The notes below the pieces were generated by a model. That model ran no database searches and had not been told where the DNA came from. It saw only the letters and a list, made by a program, of their open reading frames with translations. This document shows positions 18,422-27,494 of a DNA stretch of 64,000 bases, one piece after another. The position numbers and the translations under genes are program-made. Source of the stretch: an uncultured virus (IMG/VR IMGVR_UViG_3300040815_003350) (taxonomy: Duplodnaviria > Heunggongvirae > Uroviricota > Caudoviricetes); the IMG/VR virus record IMGVR_UViG_3300040815_003350, one strand, 5' to 3'. Position 1 is the stretch's first letter; every line of letters starts with the position of its first letter.

Positions 18422-19026
18422 GGCAAACCCTTATAGAAACTCAACTTTTTACGCTATCCCCACAAGCAATTACCGAAGCAGTTAAAACTGAAAGAGGTAA
18501 TTTGCTTGTTGAGGGTAGATTACAAGCTGCCGAAACCAAAAATGGCAACGGTAGATACTACCCTAGAAAAATCCTAGAAAGAGAAGTTGAAAACTATAAA
18601 AAGGGCCCTATAACAGAAAACAGAGCACTAGGGGAACTAGACCACCCAGACTCTTCTGTTATTAATTTAAAAAATGTTTCGCATAATATTAAAGATATTT
18701 GGTGGAATGGGGATGATGTAATAGGCAAAATTGAAATTTTACCCACCCCCTCAGGCAACATATTAACAGAGTTATTTAAAAACGGAATTACAGTAGGTGT
18801 ATCTTCAAGAGGTATGGGTAGTTTAAAACCTGGATCTAATGGAGTACAAGAAGTACAAGATGATTTCGAATTGTTATGTTGGGATTTTGTCTCCACCCCA
18901 TCAACTCCTGGAGCTTACGTTTACCCTATTAAAGAAGGTTTAGAACCAACAGTATTTAAATACAATAGGGCAAATGAAATAATAACAGAAATATTATGTA
19001 ATAATGGGCAATGTCCCATAATTTAA
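18418..19026 (+). CDS. Prohead protease (T4 gp21-like)
   Basis: NGNGRYYP, ALGELDHP, VSH, GVSSRGMGS and DFVSTPS. Confidence 0.93.
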   Translation: MRQTLIETQLFTLSPQAITEAVKTERGNLLVEGRLQAAETKNGNGRYYPRKILEREVENYKKGPITENRALGELDHPDSSVINLKNVSHNIKDIWWNGDDVIGKIEILPTPSGNILTELFKNGITVGVSSRGMGSLKPGSNGVQEVQDDFELLCWDFVSTPSTPGAYVYPIKEGLEPTVFKYNRANEIITEILCNNGQCPII

Positions 19027-19029
19027 AAG

Positions 19030-19060
19030 AAAGGTGCGATTTTTCGCACCTTTTTTTCTT
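19030..19060 (+). terminator. Intrinsic terminator
   Basis: AAAGGTGCGA-TTTT-TCGCACCTTT followed by a T run. Confidence 0.85.
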
Positions 19061-19172
19061 TTCACATATGTAGATGCGAATATACCACGGCAACGATGTG
19101 GTATCCTATTATTATTAATCACTATTACGCTTCTACAGAATAAGCGTACTTTCCCAAAAAAATTTCGGAATA

Positions 19173-20411
19173 ATGGCAAACAGAGATTTGTTAGCAGACG
19201 CTATTGCTGACGCAAAAGCTGTCAAAGAAGTTGCTATCGCTAATGCGAAAGCCGCTTTAGAAGAAGCTTTTACACCTCATCTTAAAGACATGCTTGCTCA
19301 AAAAATCAATGAAATGGAAGGTTTAGAAGAAACTGAACTTGCTGAAGTTGATAAAGAGAAAAAGATGGAAGAAGAAAAGGAAGTAAAAGAAGGTAAAAAA
19401 GAGGACATAGACGAAGGCGAAGACATGGACGAAGGCTACGGCAAGAAGGACATGGAAGAAGCTGAGGATATGGACGAAGAACTCGATTTAGAAGAAATTC
19501 TTGCTGAGCTTGAACTTGAAGAAGGCGAAGACATGGATGAAGCTAAAGACATGGACGAGGCAAAAGAAATGGATGAAGCTAAGGACGATTTAGACGAAGC
19601 TGAAGACATGGACGAAGCTAAGGAAATGGATGAAGGTGATGACATGTACGAAGCTGAAGAAGTTGAAGCTGAAGAAGAAATCAATCTCGAGGACATGAGT
19701 GAAGAAGACTTGAAGTCTATGATTGAAGATGTTATTGAAGACATGATCGAAGACGGTGAGCTCGTTCCTGGCCCTAACGCAGATGAATCTGAAGCTGAAG
19801 AAGCTGAAGATACCGATGACGGTATGGAAGGAGATGCTGACGTAGACATTGAAGTTGATAGTATTGACCTTGAAGAAGGTAAAGAAGAAGTTAAAGAAAT
19901 TGATCTTAGTGGATCAGTTGAAGCGCTTCCCGATGTTGCTGCTATGGTTGCTTTCTTAGCTGGGGCACTTGGTGTTCCTGCTGCTGCCTTAGCATCTATG
20001 AGTTTAAGTGATCTTAAAGGTTTACTTAAAAAGAAGCAGATGGAAGAAGGCGAAAAAGAAGCTATGGAAGAAACAATCCAAACTTTACGTTCTGACTTAA
20101 ACGAAGTTAATCTTCTCAATTCTAAACTCTTGTACACTAACAAGATTTTCAGAGGTAAAAACCTCACCGAAAATCAGAAAATTAAAGTTTTGAAGGCTTT
20201 TGATAAAGCCGAAACAGTTAAGCAAGCAAAAACTATTTATGAAACTCTAAATGAAAATTTAGTTGCTAAAACTAAGAAATCTAACATTAGAGAATCTTTA
20301 GGTGCTGCTTCTAAGCCTGCTGGCGTTGCTCCAAAACGTGCTATAAATGAAAGTATCGTTCAAGAAGATGCTATGGTAAGTCGTTTTAAGCAACTCGCAG
20401 GTATTAAATAA
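19173..20411 (+). CDS. Prohead scaffold/core protein (T4 gp22-like)
   Basis: Very acidic, with MDE/LEE repeats and coiled-coil ends. Lies directly upstream of the major capsid gene. Confidence 0.8.
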   Translation: MANRDLLADAIADAKAVKEVAIANAKAALEEAFTPHLKDMLAQKINEMEGLEETELAEVDKEKKMEEEKEVKEGKKEDIDEGEDMDEGYGKKDMEEAEDMDEELDLEEILAELELEEGEDMDEAKDMDEAKEMDEAKDDLDEAEDMDEAKEMDEGDDMYEAEEVEAEEEINLEDMSEEDLKSMIEDVIEDMIEDGELVPGPNADESEAEEAEDTDDGMEGDADVDIEVDSIDLEEGKEEVKEIDLSGSVEALPDVAAMVAFLAGALGVPAAALASMSLSDLKGLLKKKQMEEGEKEAMEETIQTLRSDLNEVNLLNSKLLYTNKIFRGKNLTENQKIKVLKAFDKAETVKQAKTIYETLNENLVAKTKKSNIRESLGAASKPAGVAPKRAINESIVQEDAMVSRFKQLAGIK

Positions 20412-20441
20412 TTTTAATTAAAAAACTTAAAAACTAAAAAA

Positions 20442-22118
20442 ATGTCAAATTTAAATTCTCTTTTAGAGAGCTCTAACCAGTGGAAAGTCATGCAAAGTGA
20501 CGCTGCTAGGTTAGCTTCAAAGTGGGATAAGACAGGTTTGTTGGAAGGTCTCGGTAACGAAACTGAAAAGAACAACATGTCTATGATCCTCGAAAACCAA
20601 GCGAAACAACTCGTTGTTGAGTCTTCGCAAACTGGTGGTGGTGCTGGTTCTACTGGTACTTTCACTGCTGGTCAAGGTGAACAGTGGGCTGGTATCGCTC
20701 TCCCTCTCGTAAGAAAGGTATTTGGTCAAATCGTAGCAAAAGATTTTGTTAGCGTTCAACCAATGAGCCTCCCTTCGGGTCTTGTATTCTTCCTTGACTT
20801 CCAATACGGTGGTGCTGGTGCTAATAATGCGAATGATACTAAGTTTACTGAAGGTGGTGATGTCTTTGGTGCTGGTTCTATGTACGGTCAAACTGATACA
20901 TCCGATGCTCCAAAGAATGGTTTGTATGGTGCCGGTAAGTGGACTTACACCTCAAACGTTACTTCTTCTATTGTTGCTGCTGGTAACATCACCTCAGCTT
21001 CAGCTACTTGGCAAGAAGTAGGATATGATTCAGATTTATCTGCTTCAATCGCTGCTGATAAAATTGCTAAAATCACCTTTACTAAAGCTAACCTTAACAC
21101 TTATGCAGATGAAGAAGGTGCTAGAGGTTTCTTTATCAGCAATATGGCAGGTGATTTGGCTGTAACATCAAGTGCTGCTACTGCTGCTTACAATACATTC
21201 GATGGTACTAACTTCGTATTATTTGCTCAAGTAGGTGCTGATGTTGATTCCAATACAGCAGGTGCTTGTACAGTTGTTTACACTCAACAGCCAACCGACC
21301 AATTCAGAGGCGACTTTGAAGATGGTAATACTGCCCTCAATGCCAATAACGCAGTTATTGATATTCCTGAGATCAACATTAAGATGAAGTCTGAAGCTAT
21401 TGTTGCTAAGACTAAGAAGCTTAAAGCTGTATGGACCCCTGAATTCGCTCAAGACTTGAACGCTTACCATAGCTTGGATGCTGAGGCTGAGTTGACAAGC
21501 ATCATGAGTGAGTACATCGCTCTTGAGATCGATTTGGAGATCCTCGGTATGTTGATTGAAAACGCACTCACTACTGAGTACTGGTCAGCTGTTAATAATA
21601 GAGCATACGATGGTACAGCTGAAACTCCTTCAAATAGCGACCTCGGATTCTTTAACACCCAAGGCCAGTGGTTCCAGACTCTCGGTACTAAGATCAACAA
21701 GGTATCTAACAAGATCCACCAGTTGACCTTAAGAGGTGGTGCTAATTTTATAGTATTATCTCCAACTGTTGCTACTATCTTGGAATCAATTCCTGGATTT
21801 GCTGCTGCTGATGGTGCTGATGCTGAGACCATGCAATATGCGTTTGGTATGCAGAAAATGGGTAACTTGAATGGTAAGTACCAAGTTTACAAGAACCCAT
21901 ACATGACTGAAAACACTATCTTGTTAGGTTACAAGGGTTCACAATTCTTGGAAACAGGTGCTACTTTCGCTCCTTACATTCCATTAATTATGACTCCTCT
22001 CGTATACGATCCAACGACCTTCACTCCAAGAAAAGGTCTCTTGACTCGTTACGCTAAGAAGATGTTGAGACCTGAATACTACGCTAAGATCTACGTTAAC
22101 GGTTTGAATACCCTCTAA
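20442..22118 (+). CDS. Major capsid protein (T4 gp23-like)
   Basis: LPLVRKVF, VSVQPMSLPSGLVFFL, KLKAVWTPEFAQDLNAYH, DAEAEL, EIDLEI, APYIPL and FTPRKGLLTRY. Confidence 0.95.
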   Translation: MSNLNSLLESSNQWKVMQSDAARLASKWDKTGLLEGLGNETEKNNMSMILENQAKQLVVESSQTGGGAGSTGTFTAGQGEQWAGIALPLVRKVFGQIVAKDFVSVQPMSLPSGLVFFLDFQYGGAGANNANDTKFTEGGDVFGAGSMYGQTDTSDAPKNGLYGAGKWTYTSNVTSSIVAAGNITSASATWQEVGYDSDLSASIAADKIAKITFTKANLNTYADEEGARGFFISNMAGDLAVTSSAATAAYNTFDGTNFVLFAQVGADVDSNTAGACTVVYTQQPTDQFRGDFEDGNTALNANNAVIDIPEINIKMKSEAIVAKTKKLKAVWTPEFAQDLNAYHSLDAEAELTSIMSEYIALEIDLEILGMLIENALTTEYWSAVNNRAYDGTAETPSNSDLGFFNTQGQWFQTLGTKINKVSNKIHQLTLRGGANFIVLSPTVATILESIPGFAAADGADAETMQYAFGMQKMGNLNGKYQVYKNPYMTENTILLGYKGSQFLETGATFAPYIPLIMTPLVYDPTTFTPRKGLLTRYAKKMLRPEYYAKIYVNGLNTL

Positions 22119-22144
22119 TCTAAGCGTTAGTTAATACACTAAAG

Positions 22145-22170
22145 AAAGCCCCGCTTCGGCGGGGCTTTTT
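22145..22170 (+). terminator. Intrinsic terminator with C-UUCG-G tetraloop
   Basis: AAAGCCCCGC-TTCG-GCGGGGCTTTTT, directly after the capsid gene. Confidence 0.92.
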
Positions 22171-22190
22171 GTGTCTCTAGTAGTTAGTAC

Positions 22191-22199
22191 ATATTTATA
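22191..22199 (+). promoter_or_regulatory. Motif ATATTTATA
   Basis: Between the capsid terminator and the amidinotransferase gene. Confidence 0.7.
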
Positions 22200-22223
22200 G
22201 TAAAGCAATAAAGTTACACAAAA

Positions 22224-23138
22224 ATGAAAGAAACCCCCTCACAATTGCCAATTCCGGCATTCGTTATGAATTTTCCTTTTACTTTAGACACCGCAGTCCC
22301 AAATAATATTTGGATGCAAGAGCTAGAACCTGAAGATTTAGCTATTAATAAAGGAAACGCCTACCGACAATTTTTAGATTTATACCAATTTGTAGCAGGT
22401 AATAGTCTTGTATGTAACCTCCCAGCTAAAGGAGATTATCAAGATCTAGTTTATGTTGCTAACTTAGGTATTTATCTCCCTCATATTAAAGATTCAAATA
22501 ATGTTATTTTAGCCAACTTCACCTCAGAACCACGACAAGGTGAAGAAGAAGTAGGACAACCATTCTTTGAATTGATGGATTATAAAACTCACATGTGTCC
22601 ATTTAAGTGGGAAGGTGAGGCTGATCTCAAATACTTGTACGACAATGTGTATATAGGAGGATACGGGATCCGCTCAGATATTAAAGCATATGAGTGGATG
22701 GAGGAACAATTTGATATGAAAATCATTAAGATTGAAATGGTAGATGATTATCTTTATCATCTTGATTGTTCTATCTTCCCGTTAACTAAAGAAAAAACAT
22801 TAGTTTGTACGGAGCTGTTCACTCCTGAGGAGTTAGCTGAAATATCACAATATACTGAAATAATAGACATTAGTGTTGATGATGCTTACAACGGATTAAC
22901 CAATTCAGTACGTTTAGGTAATATGATTTTGTGTGCTTCTAATATTTCTGAAATGACTAGATTAGATGAAAATTATGAAGCCGAAAAAGCTAAAATTAAC
23001 ACATTAGAAAAAATCTGTTTTAACGAAGGTCTTGAACCAGTATTTTTTAACCTCTCAGAATACATGAAATCAGGTGCTATGCTTAGCTGTATGATGATGC
23101 ACTTGAATTATGTTGACTACGAAAAATCACTTCTCTGA
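22224..23138 (+). CDS. Amidinotransferase / dimethylarginine dimethylaminohydrolase (pentein) family protein
   Basis: DLVYVAN, RQGEE, WEGEAD, YHLDC and KSGAMLSCMM. The catalytic Asp/His/Cys pattern appears intact. Confidence 0.85.
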   Translation: MKETPSQLPIPAFVMNFPFTLDTAVPNNIWMQELEPEDLAINKGNAYRQFLDLYQFVAGNSLVCNLPAKGDYQDLVYVANLGIYLPHIKDSNNVILANFTSEPRQGEEEVGQPFFELMDYKTHMCPFKWEGEADLKYLYDNVYIGGYGIRSDIKAYEWMEEQFDMKIIKIEMVDDYLYHLDCSIFPLTKEKTLVCTELFTPEELAEISQYTEIIDISVDDAYNGLTNSVRLGNMILCASNISEMTRLDENYEAEKAKINTLEKICFNEGLEPVFFNLSEYMKSGAMLSCMMMHLNYVDYEKSLL

Positions 23139-23887
23139 TGGCTCAATATTTAGAAGATTGGCTCGAAGGAGAAGTCGCAGAACTCTCTAAATTAGAAGTA
23201 GGTGAACTTTCTAACACCTTCTTTTTTAGGGACCCTATGCGTCCTAACTATATAGATTATAAGCACTTTTACTCACCTGCTGATGGTACTATTTTGTACC
23301 AAAAGTATGTAAAAGATGCCACTGACCCTATTGTAGAAATTAAAGGTGTGAATTACACACTACAAGATGTGCTGGGAAATAAATATTACAACCAACCATC
23401 TCTTGTAATTGGTATATTCATGTCATTCTATGATGTTCATATAAATAGAATACCATATGCCGGTGTATTACAGTATAGAGGGTTAGATCCTATCGAATCT
23501 ACTAACAAGCCAATGCTTGCTACTGAAAAGGATATTCTTAATGCTGCTATTAATCCTAATAATATGGAATATTTAAAGTATAATGAGAGGATGTTAAATA
23601 AAATATATTCCCCTCAATTAGATTATACTTATTTCCTAGTTCAAATTGCTGATGAAGATGTAAATGTAATTGCGCCTTTTATTAACGATCAAAACGCTCC
23701 TGTTTCACAAAACGAACGTTTCTCATTGATAAGATGGGGTTCACAAGTTGATTTGGTTCTTCCCTTGGATGAAAGATACGATTTTGACCTTGTCTTACAA
23801 GATGAAATGCATGTTAATGCTGGCTTAGACAAACTAGTTAAAATTAATTTTAGAAATGACCCATTTCAACAACACCCCAGAAGCTGA
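23138..23887 (+). CDS. psd: Phosphatidylserine decarboxylase-like pyruvoyl proenzyme
   Basis: FFFRDPMR, SPADG, IFMSFYDVHINRIP, NER, QIA and RWG|SQVD (self-cleavage GS motif). Confidence 0.8.
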   Translation: MAQYLEDWLEGEVAELSKLEVGELSNTFFFRDPMRPNYIDYKHFYSPADGTILYQKYVKDATDPIVEIKGVNYTLQDVLGNKYYNQPSLVIGIFMSFYDVHINRIPYAGVLQYRGLDPIESTNKPMLATEKDILNAAINPNNMEYLKYNERMLNKIYSPQLDYTYFLVQIADEDVNVIAPFINDQNAPVSQNERFSLIRWGSQVDLVLPLDERYDFDLVLQDEMHVNAGLDKLVKINFRNDPFQQHPRS

Positions 23888-24554
23888 AGAAATTTTCAGA
23901 GGAAAAAGAGTAGTGAAGAATCCAATTAAATTTAAAATACAATTAAACGAGGAGCAAAAGGAAGCTAAACAAAAAATCCTGGATAATACTATAACTCTGC
24001 TAGCAGGTCAAGCAGGTTCTGGGAAAACATTATTAGCGTGTCAAGTAGCACTAGACGGATTAATAAGAAGAATATACGAAAAAATTATTATTACAAGACC
24101 AACCGTCTCAAAAGAGGAAATTGGTTTCCTTCCAGGTGATCTAAGAGAAAAAATGGACCCTTGGGTTCAACCTATTTACCAAAATTTATTTACCCTTTAC
24201 GATAAAGTTAAAGTTGAAAAATTAATTGAAGATGGTAAAATAGAAATTGTACCTGTATCATTTATGAGAGGTAGAACATTTTTGGATTCATGTGTCATTG
24301 TAGATGAAGCCCAAAACGTAACACATGAACAAATGGAAATGATTGTAACCCGTTTAGGTTTACGATCAAAAATGATGGTTTGTGGAGATGATCACCAAAT
24401 TGACCTCAAGAAAAAAGCAGACTCAGGATTTAAATATTTGTATAAAGCATCGCGTAAAGTTAAAAACCTTGAGGCCATTACGCTTACGTCTAATCACCGT
24501 AATGAAATTGTTGAAGATTTAAGAAGTTACTATGAGGACAACCCAGTTTTCTAA
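23856..24554 (+). CDS. phoH: PhoH-like ATPase
   Basis: GQAGSGKT, ITRP, IGFLPGDL.EKM, FMRGRTF, DEAQN, TRLG, GD..Q.D and HR. Confidence 0.93.
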   Translation: MTHFNNTPEAEEIFRGKRVVKNPIKFKIQLNEEQKEAKQKILDNTITLLAGQAGSGKTLLACQVALDGLIRRIYEKIIITRPTVSKEEIGFLPGDLREKMDPWVQPIYQNLFTLYDKVKVEKLIEDGKIEIVPVSFMRGRTFLDSCVIVDEAQNVTHEQMEMIVTRLGLRSKMMVCGDDHQIDLKKKADSGFKYLYKASRKVKNLEAITLTSNHRNEIVEDLRSYYEDNPVF

Positions 24555-24563
24555 TAAATTTTA

Positions 24564-24572
24564 ATATTTATA
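24564..24572 (+). promoter_or_regulatory. Motif ATATTTATA
   Basis: Upstream of the neck gene. Confidence 0.7.
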
Positions 24573-24582
24573 AGAAAACAAC

Positions 24583-25734
24583 ATGGCAAACGCAGCAATA
24601 TGGCCAGGCTCTAGTTCATTTTCAGCTGGCGATACTCCTTTTGGATTTTATGATACTGATACAGAGTTTGTGACTGATGCGGACAAGGTAGCAAATTTTT
24701 GTGCTCGCCGTTTAGGGTACCCTCTTACTGATATTGAACTTCAAGATATAAATTTTTATGCGGCATTTGAAGAAGCAGTAACTACATATGGCAATGAAGT
24801 ATTTGCTTATAAGGCAAGTGAAAATTACTTATCTCTTGAAGGATCTGAAACAGGTTCTAATTTAAATTATAAATTACAAAAACCTAATTTAGGTACCCAA
24901 ATAAGAATAGCTGAAGCTTATGGTAGTGAAGCTGGTGTTGGAGGTTCAGTAGAATATAGAACCGGTAGCATCCAAATGGTTAAAAACCAACAAGTATATG
25001 ATTTACAAGATTTTGCTAATGAAATTACTGCTAGTAAAAATAATATTGAAGTTAAAGAAATATTCTACCAATCTGACCCAGCAATTGTAAGATATTTTGA
25101 TCCCTATGCTGGCACGGGTACTGATGTTCAAGGACTATTAGATGCTTTTGGATTCGGTAATTACACCCCAGGTATTAATTTCTTATTAATGCCTATTAGC
25201 TATGATTTAGGAAAAATCCAAGCTATAAACTTTAATGATACTATTAGAAAATCTAACTATAGCTTTGAATTGGTAAATAATCAAATTAGAATATTCCCTA
25301 TTCCTAATAAAAATGAAAAACTATGGTTTAAATACATCCTTAAATCAGATAGAAGCAACCCTACAGTTTCTGGAAGTTTAGGACAAGGAGTAGTAACTGA
25401 TATATCTACAGTACCTTATACTAACCCTACTTATGCCTATATTAATTCTATTGGTAGACAATGGGTTTTTGAATACACTTTAGCTATTGCTAAAGAAATG
25501 TTAGGATACATCAGAGGAAAATATGGAACGGTGCCTATTCCTGGAGCCGATGTAACTCTAAATCATGGTGACCTAATCTCAGCAGCAACTGCTGAAAAAA
25601 CAGCATTATTAGAAAGATTAAGGAATTATTTAGGAGAAACTTCCCGTAATAAGTTATTAGAAAAAAAGGCCCAAGAAGCTGAGTTTTTACAAAAAGATCT
25701 ATCAGCAGTACCTTATACAATTTTTATTGGCTAA
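24583..25734 (+). CDS. Neck / head-tail adaptor (T4 gp13-like)
   Basis: LGYP..DIEL, YTLAIAKEMLG..RGKY..PIPG..VTLN, and its position. Confidence 0.75.
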   Translation: MANAAIWPGSSSFSAGDTPFGFYDTDTEFVTDADKVANFCARRLGYPLTDIELQDINFYAAFEEAVTTYGNEVFAYKASENYLSLEGSETGSNLNYKLQKPNLGTQIRIAEAYGSEAGVGGSVEYRTGSIQMVKNQQVYDLQDFANEITASKNNIEVKEIFYQSDPAIVRYFDPYAGTGTDVQGLLDAFGFGNYTPGINFLLMPISYDLGKIQAINFNDTIRKSNYSFELVNNQIRIFPIPNKNEKLWFKYILKSDRSNPTVSGSLGQGVVTDISTVPYTNPTYAYINSIGRQWVFEYTLAIAKEMLGYIRGKYGTVPIPGADVTLNHGDLISAATAEKTALLERLRNYLGETSRNKLLEKKAQEAEFLQKDLSAVPYTIFIG

Positions 25735-26240
25735 TGGCATTATTCGGAAGAACAAGAGATGTTAATTTAATTAATTCAATTAACCGTGAGTTATTAGGTG
25801 ATGTTATTACCCAACAATGTGCTGTATATAAACTTAGATTAGAAGAAACACGTTTTAATCTTTATGGAGAAGCTACTGGAGGTAAATTTTATAATGGTCC
25901 TACTTTATTTAATGTTTTAGTAGATAGACGAGACCAAGAATATCCCGAAAGTGAATTAGGTGTAGACTTTGCTTGGGGAGTTACATTTAAATTCTTTAGA
26001 GAAGATTTAATGGATGCTAGTCTTATTATGGAAGTAGGAGATATTATTTTATACCAAGAAGGTTATTACCAAGTAGACACAGTAATAGCCAACCAGTATT
26101 TTGTAGGTAAAAACCCAGAATACACAAACTCTCCAAATCCTTTAAATCCTGGGTTAGGCCAATTTGGATCTAGTCTATCAGTTATATGTGAGACTCATTA
26201 CGAACCAGCTGACAAATTCGGCATAACCAGAGAAAGATAA
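25734..26240 (+). CDS. Head closure / neck protein (T4 gp14-like)
   Basis: NLYGEA and EVGDII...YYQV, and its position after the gp13-like gene. Confidence 0.6.
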   Translation: MALFGRTRDVNLINSINRELLGDVITQQCAVYKLRLEETRFNLYGEATGGKFYNGPTLFNVLVDRRDQEYPESELGVDFAWGVTFKFFREDLMDASLIMEVGDIILYQEGYYQVDTVIANQYFVGKNPEYTNSPNPLNPGLGQFGSSLSVICETHYEPADKFGITRER

Positions 26241-27148
26241 TGGCAGGCAAAACTCCAATCCCTAAATCCCAAAGAGAAATTGCTTTATCACAAGGAAGTA
26301 CTTTAAGTACTAATGATCCTCTTGATAATAGAACTAATAACCAGACAATTAATCCTGATAGAGCAAATCAAATTTCACAAAAAGGAGACACTTCAAAACC
26401 TTTTACAGTAGGAATTAAAGATATTGATGAGACTATTCAATATTACTTTGATTATGTAATTCGCCCTTCTGTAATCCAAAATGGTAATAGAATAGCTGTT
26501 CCTGTAGTGTATGGGTCTCCTGAAAGGTGGAAATCATTCCAACGTGATGGGTATTATAGAGATAGTAAGGGTAAAATTATGGCCCCACTTATCATGTTTA
26601 AAAGAACTAGCATTGATAGAGTTAGAGGAATGACTAGTAAAATTGATGCTAATTACCCCCAAACTTATAGAATAGCACAACAAAAATACACTAAAAAGAA
26701 TTTTTACAATAACATGAGTGTTTTAAATGGATATGAACCCATTAAAACCTATCAAGCTATTGTGATGCCTGATTATGTTAATTTGCTTTATAATTGTATG
26801 ATCTATACTTATTATGTAGAACAATTAAACCATATAATTGAAGCTATTAACTTCGCAGCAGATACTTACTGGGGAGATCCTGAAAGATTTAAATTTAAAG
26901 CCCTTATTAGTAGCTATCAAACTGTCACTGAACTTAAAGTAGGTCAAGAGCGTATGGTAAGAGGTAATTTTGATATTAAGATGCCTGGATACATTATTCC
27001 TAATGTAATCCAAAAAGATCTTAATGCTATTAACAAATATTCAACAGATTCTAAAGTTGTATTCAACACAGAAGCTTCGGAAGCTCTTACTAATGAAAGA
27101 AAGAATCGCTTCCTAGAAGACGTAAATACAAACCTTGACGAATCATAA
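26240..27148 (+). CDS. Tail completion / sheath terminator (T4 gp15-like)
   Basis: VPVVYGSPERW, PLIMFKR and PDYVNLLY..QLNHIIE, upstream of the sheath genes. Confidence 0.6.
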   Translation: MAGKTPIPKSQREIALSQGSTLSTNDPLDNRTNNQTINPDRANQISQKGDTSKPFTVGIKDIDETIQYYFDYVIRPSVIQNGNRIAVPVVYGSPERWKSFQRDGYYRDSKGKIMAPLIMFKRTSIDRVRGMTSKIDANYPQTYRIAQQKYTKKNFYNNMSVLNGYEPIKTYQAIVMPDYVNLLYNCMIYTYYVEQLNHIIEAINFAADTYWGDPERFKFKALISSYQTVTELKVGQERMVRGNFDIKMPGYIIPNVIQKDLNAINKYSTDSKVVFNTEASEALTNERKNRFLEDVNTNLDES

Positions 27149-27167
27149 TATTTGTAAAATTTTCAAC

Positions 27168-27176
27168 ATATTTATT
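27168..27176 (+). promoter_or_regulatory. Motif ATATTTATT
   Basis: Upstream of 27196. Confidence 0.65.
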
Positions 27177-27195
27177 ATCAAAATAATTTAAAATT

Positions 27196-27444
27196 ATGGA
27201 AGTTACAAAATTACAAGACGAAGAAATTCACGAACTAAAATCATTACAAGAAGAACAAAATTCTTTAATAGATGCTTTTGGTTCTATTGAATATCAAATC
27301 CAAAATCTTGAGTTACAAAAAGAAAAATTAGTAGAACAATTGGAAACAATAAAAACTAAAGAAACTCAAGTCGCACAAAAATTAAACCAAAAATACGGAG
27401 ACGGGGTCATCAATATTGAACATGGAACTTTCTCTAAACAATAA
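27196..27444 (+). CDS. Small coiled-coil protein
   Basis: Heptad pattern ending in KYGDGVINIEHGTF, with its own promoter motif. Confidence 0.7.
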   Translation: MEVTKLQDEEIHELKSLQEEQNSLIDAFGSIEYQIQNLELQKEKLVEQLETIKTKETQVAQKLNQKYGDGVINIEHGTFSKQ

Positions 27445-27462
27445 TAACTTTTAACCTTTTTG

Positions 27463-27471
27463 ATATTTATC
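27463..27471 (+). promoter_or_regulatory. Motif ATATTTATC
   Basis: Upstream of sheath 1. Confidence 0.65.
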
Positions 27472-27494
27472 AACAAAACATTAATTAGAACAAC

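Noticed and set aside
19436..20167. 243-aa Ser-rich antisense ORF
   Set aside because: It is the mirror of the GAA/GAC-rich scaffold gene.
12366..22118. Introns or inteins in the terminase, portal or capsid genes
   Set aside because: The ORFs are continuous and of ordinary length, with no intein terminal motifs or homing endonuclease inserts seen.
22224..23138. Amidinotransferase as part of 7-deazaguanine (archaeosine) DNA modification
   Set aside because: The motifs are pentein-fold, not ArcS, QueF-like or Gat-QueC, and no folE, queC, queD, queE or dpdA genes are in this window.
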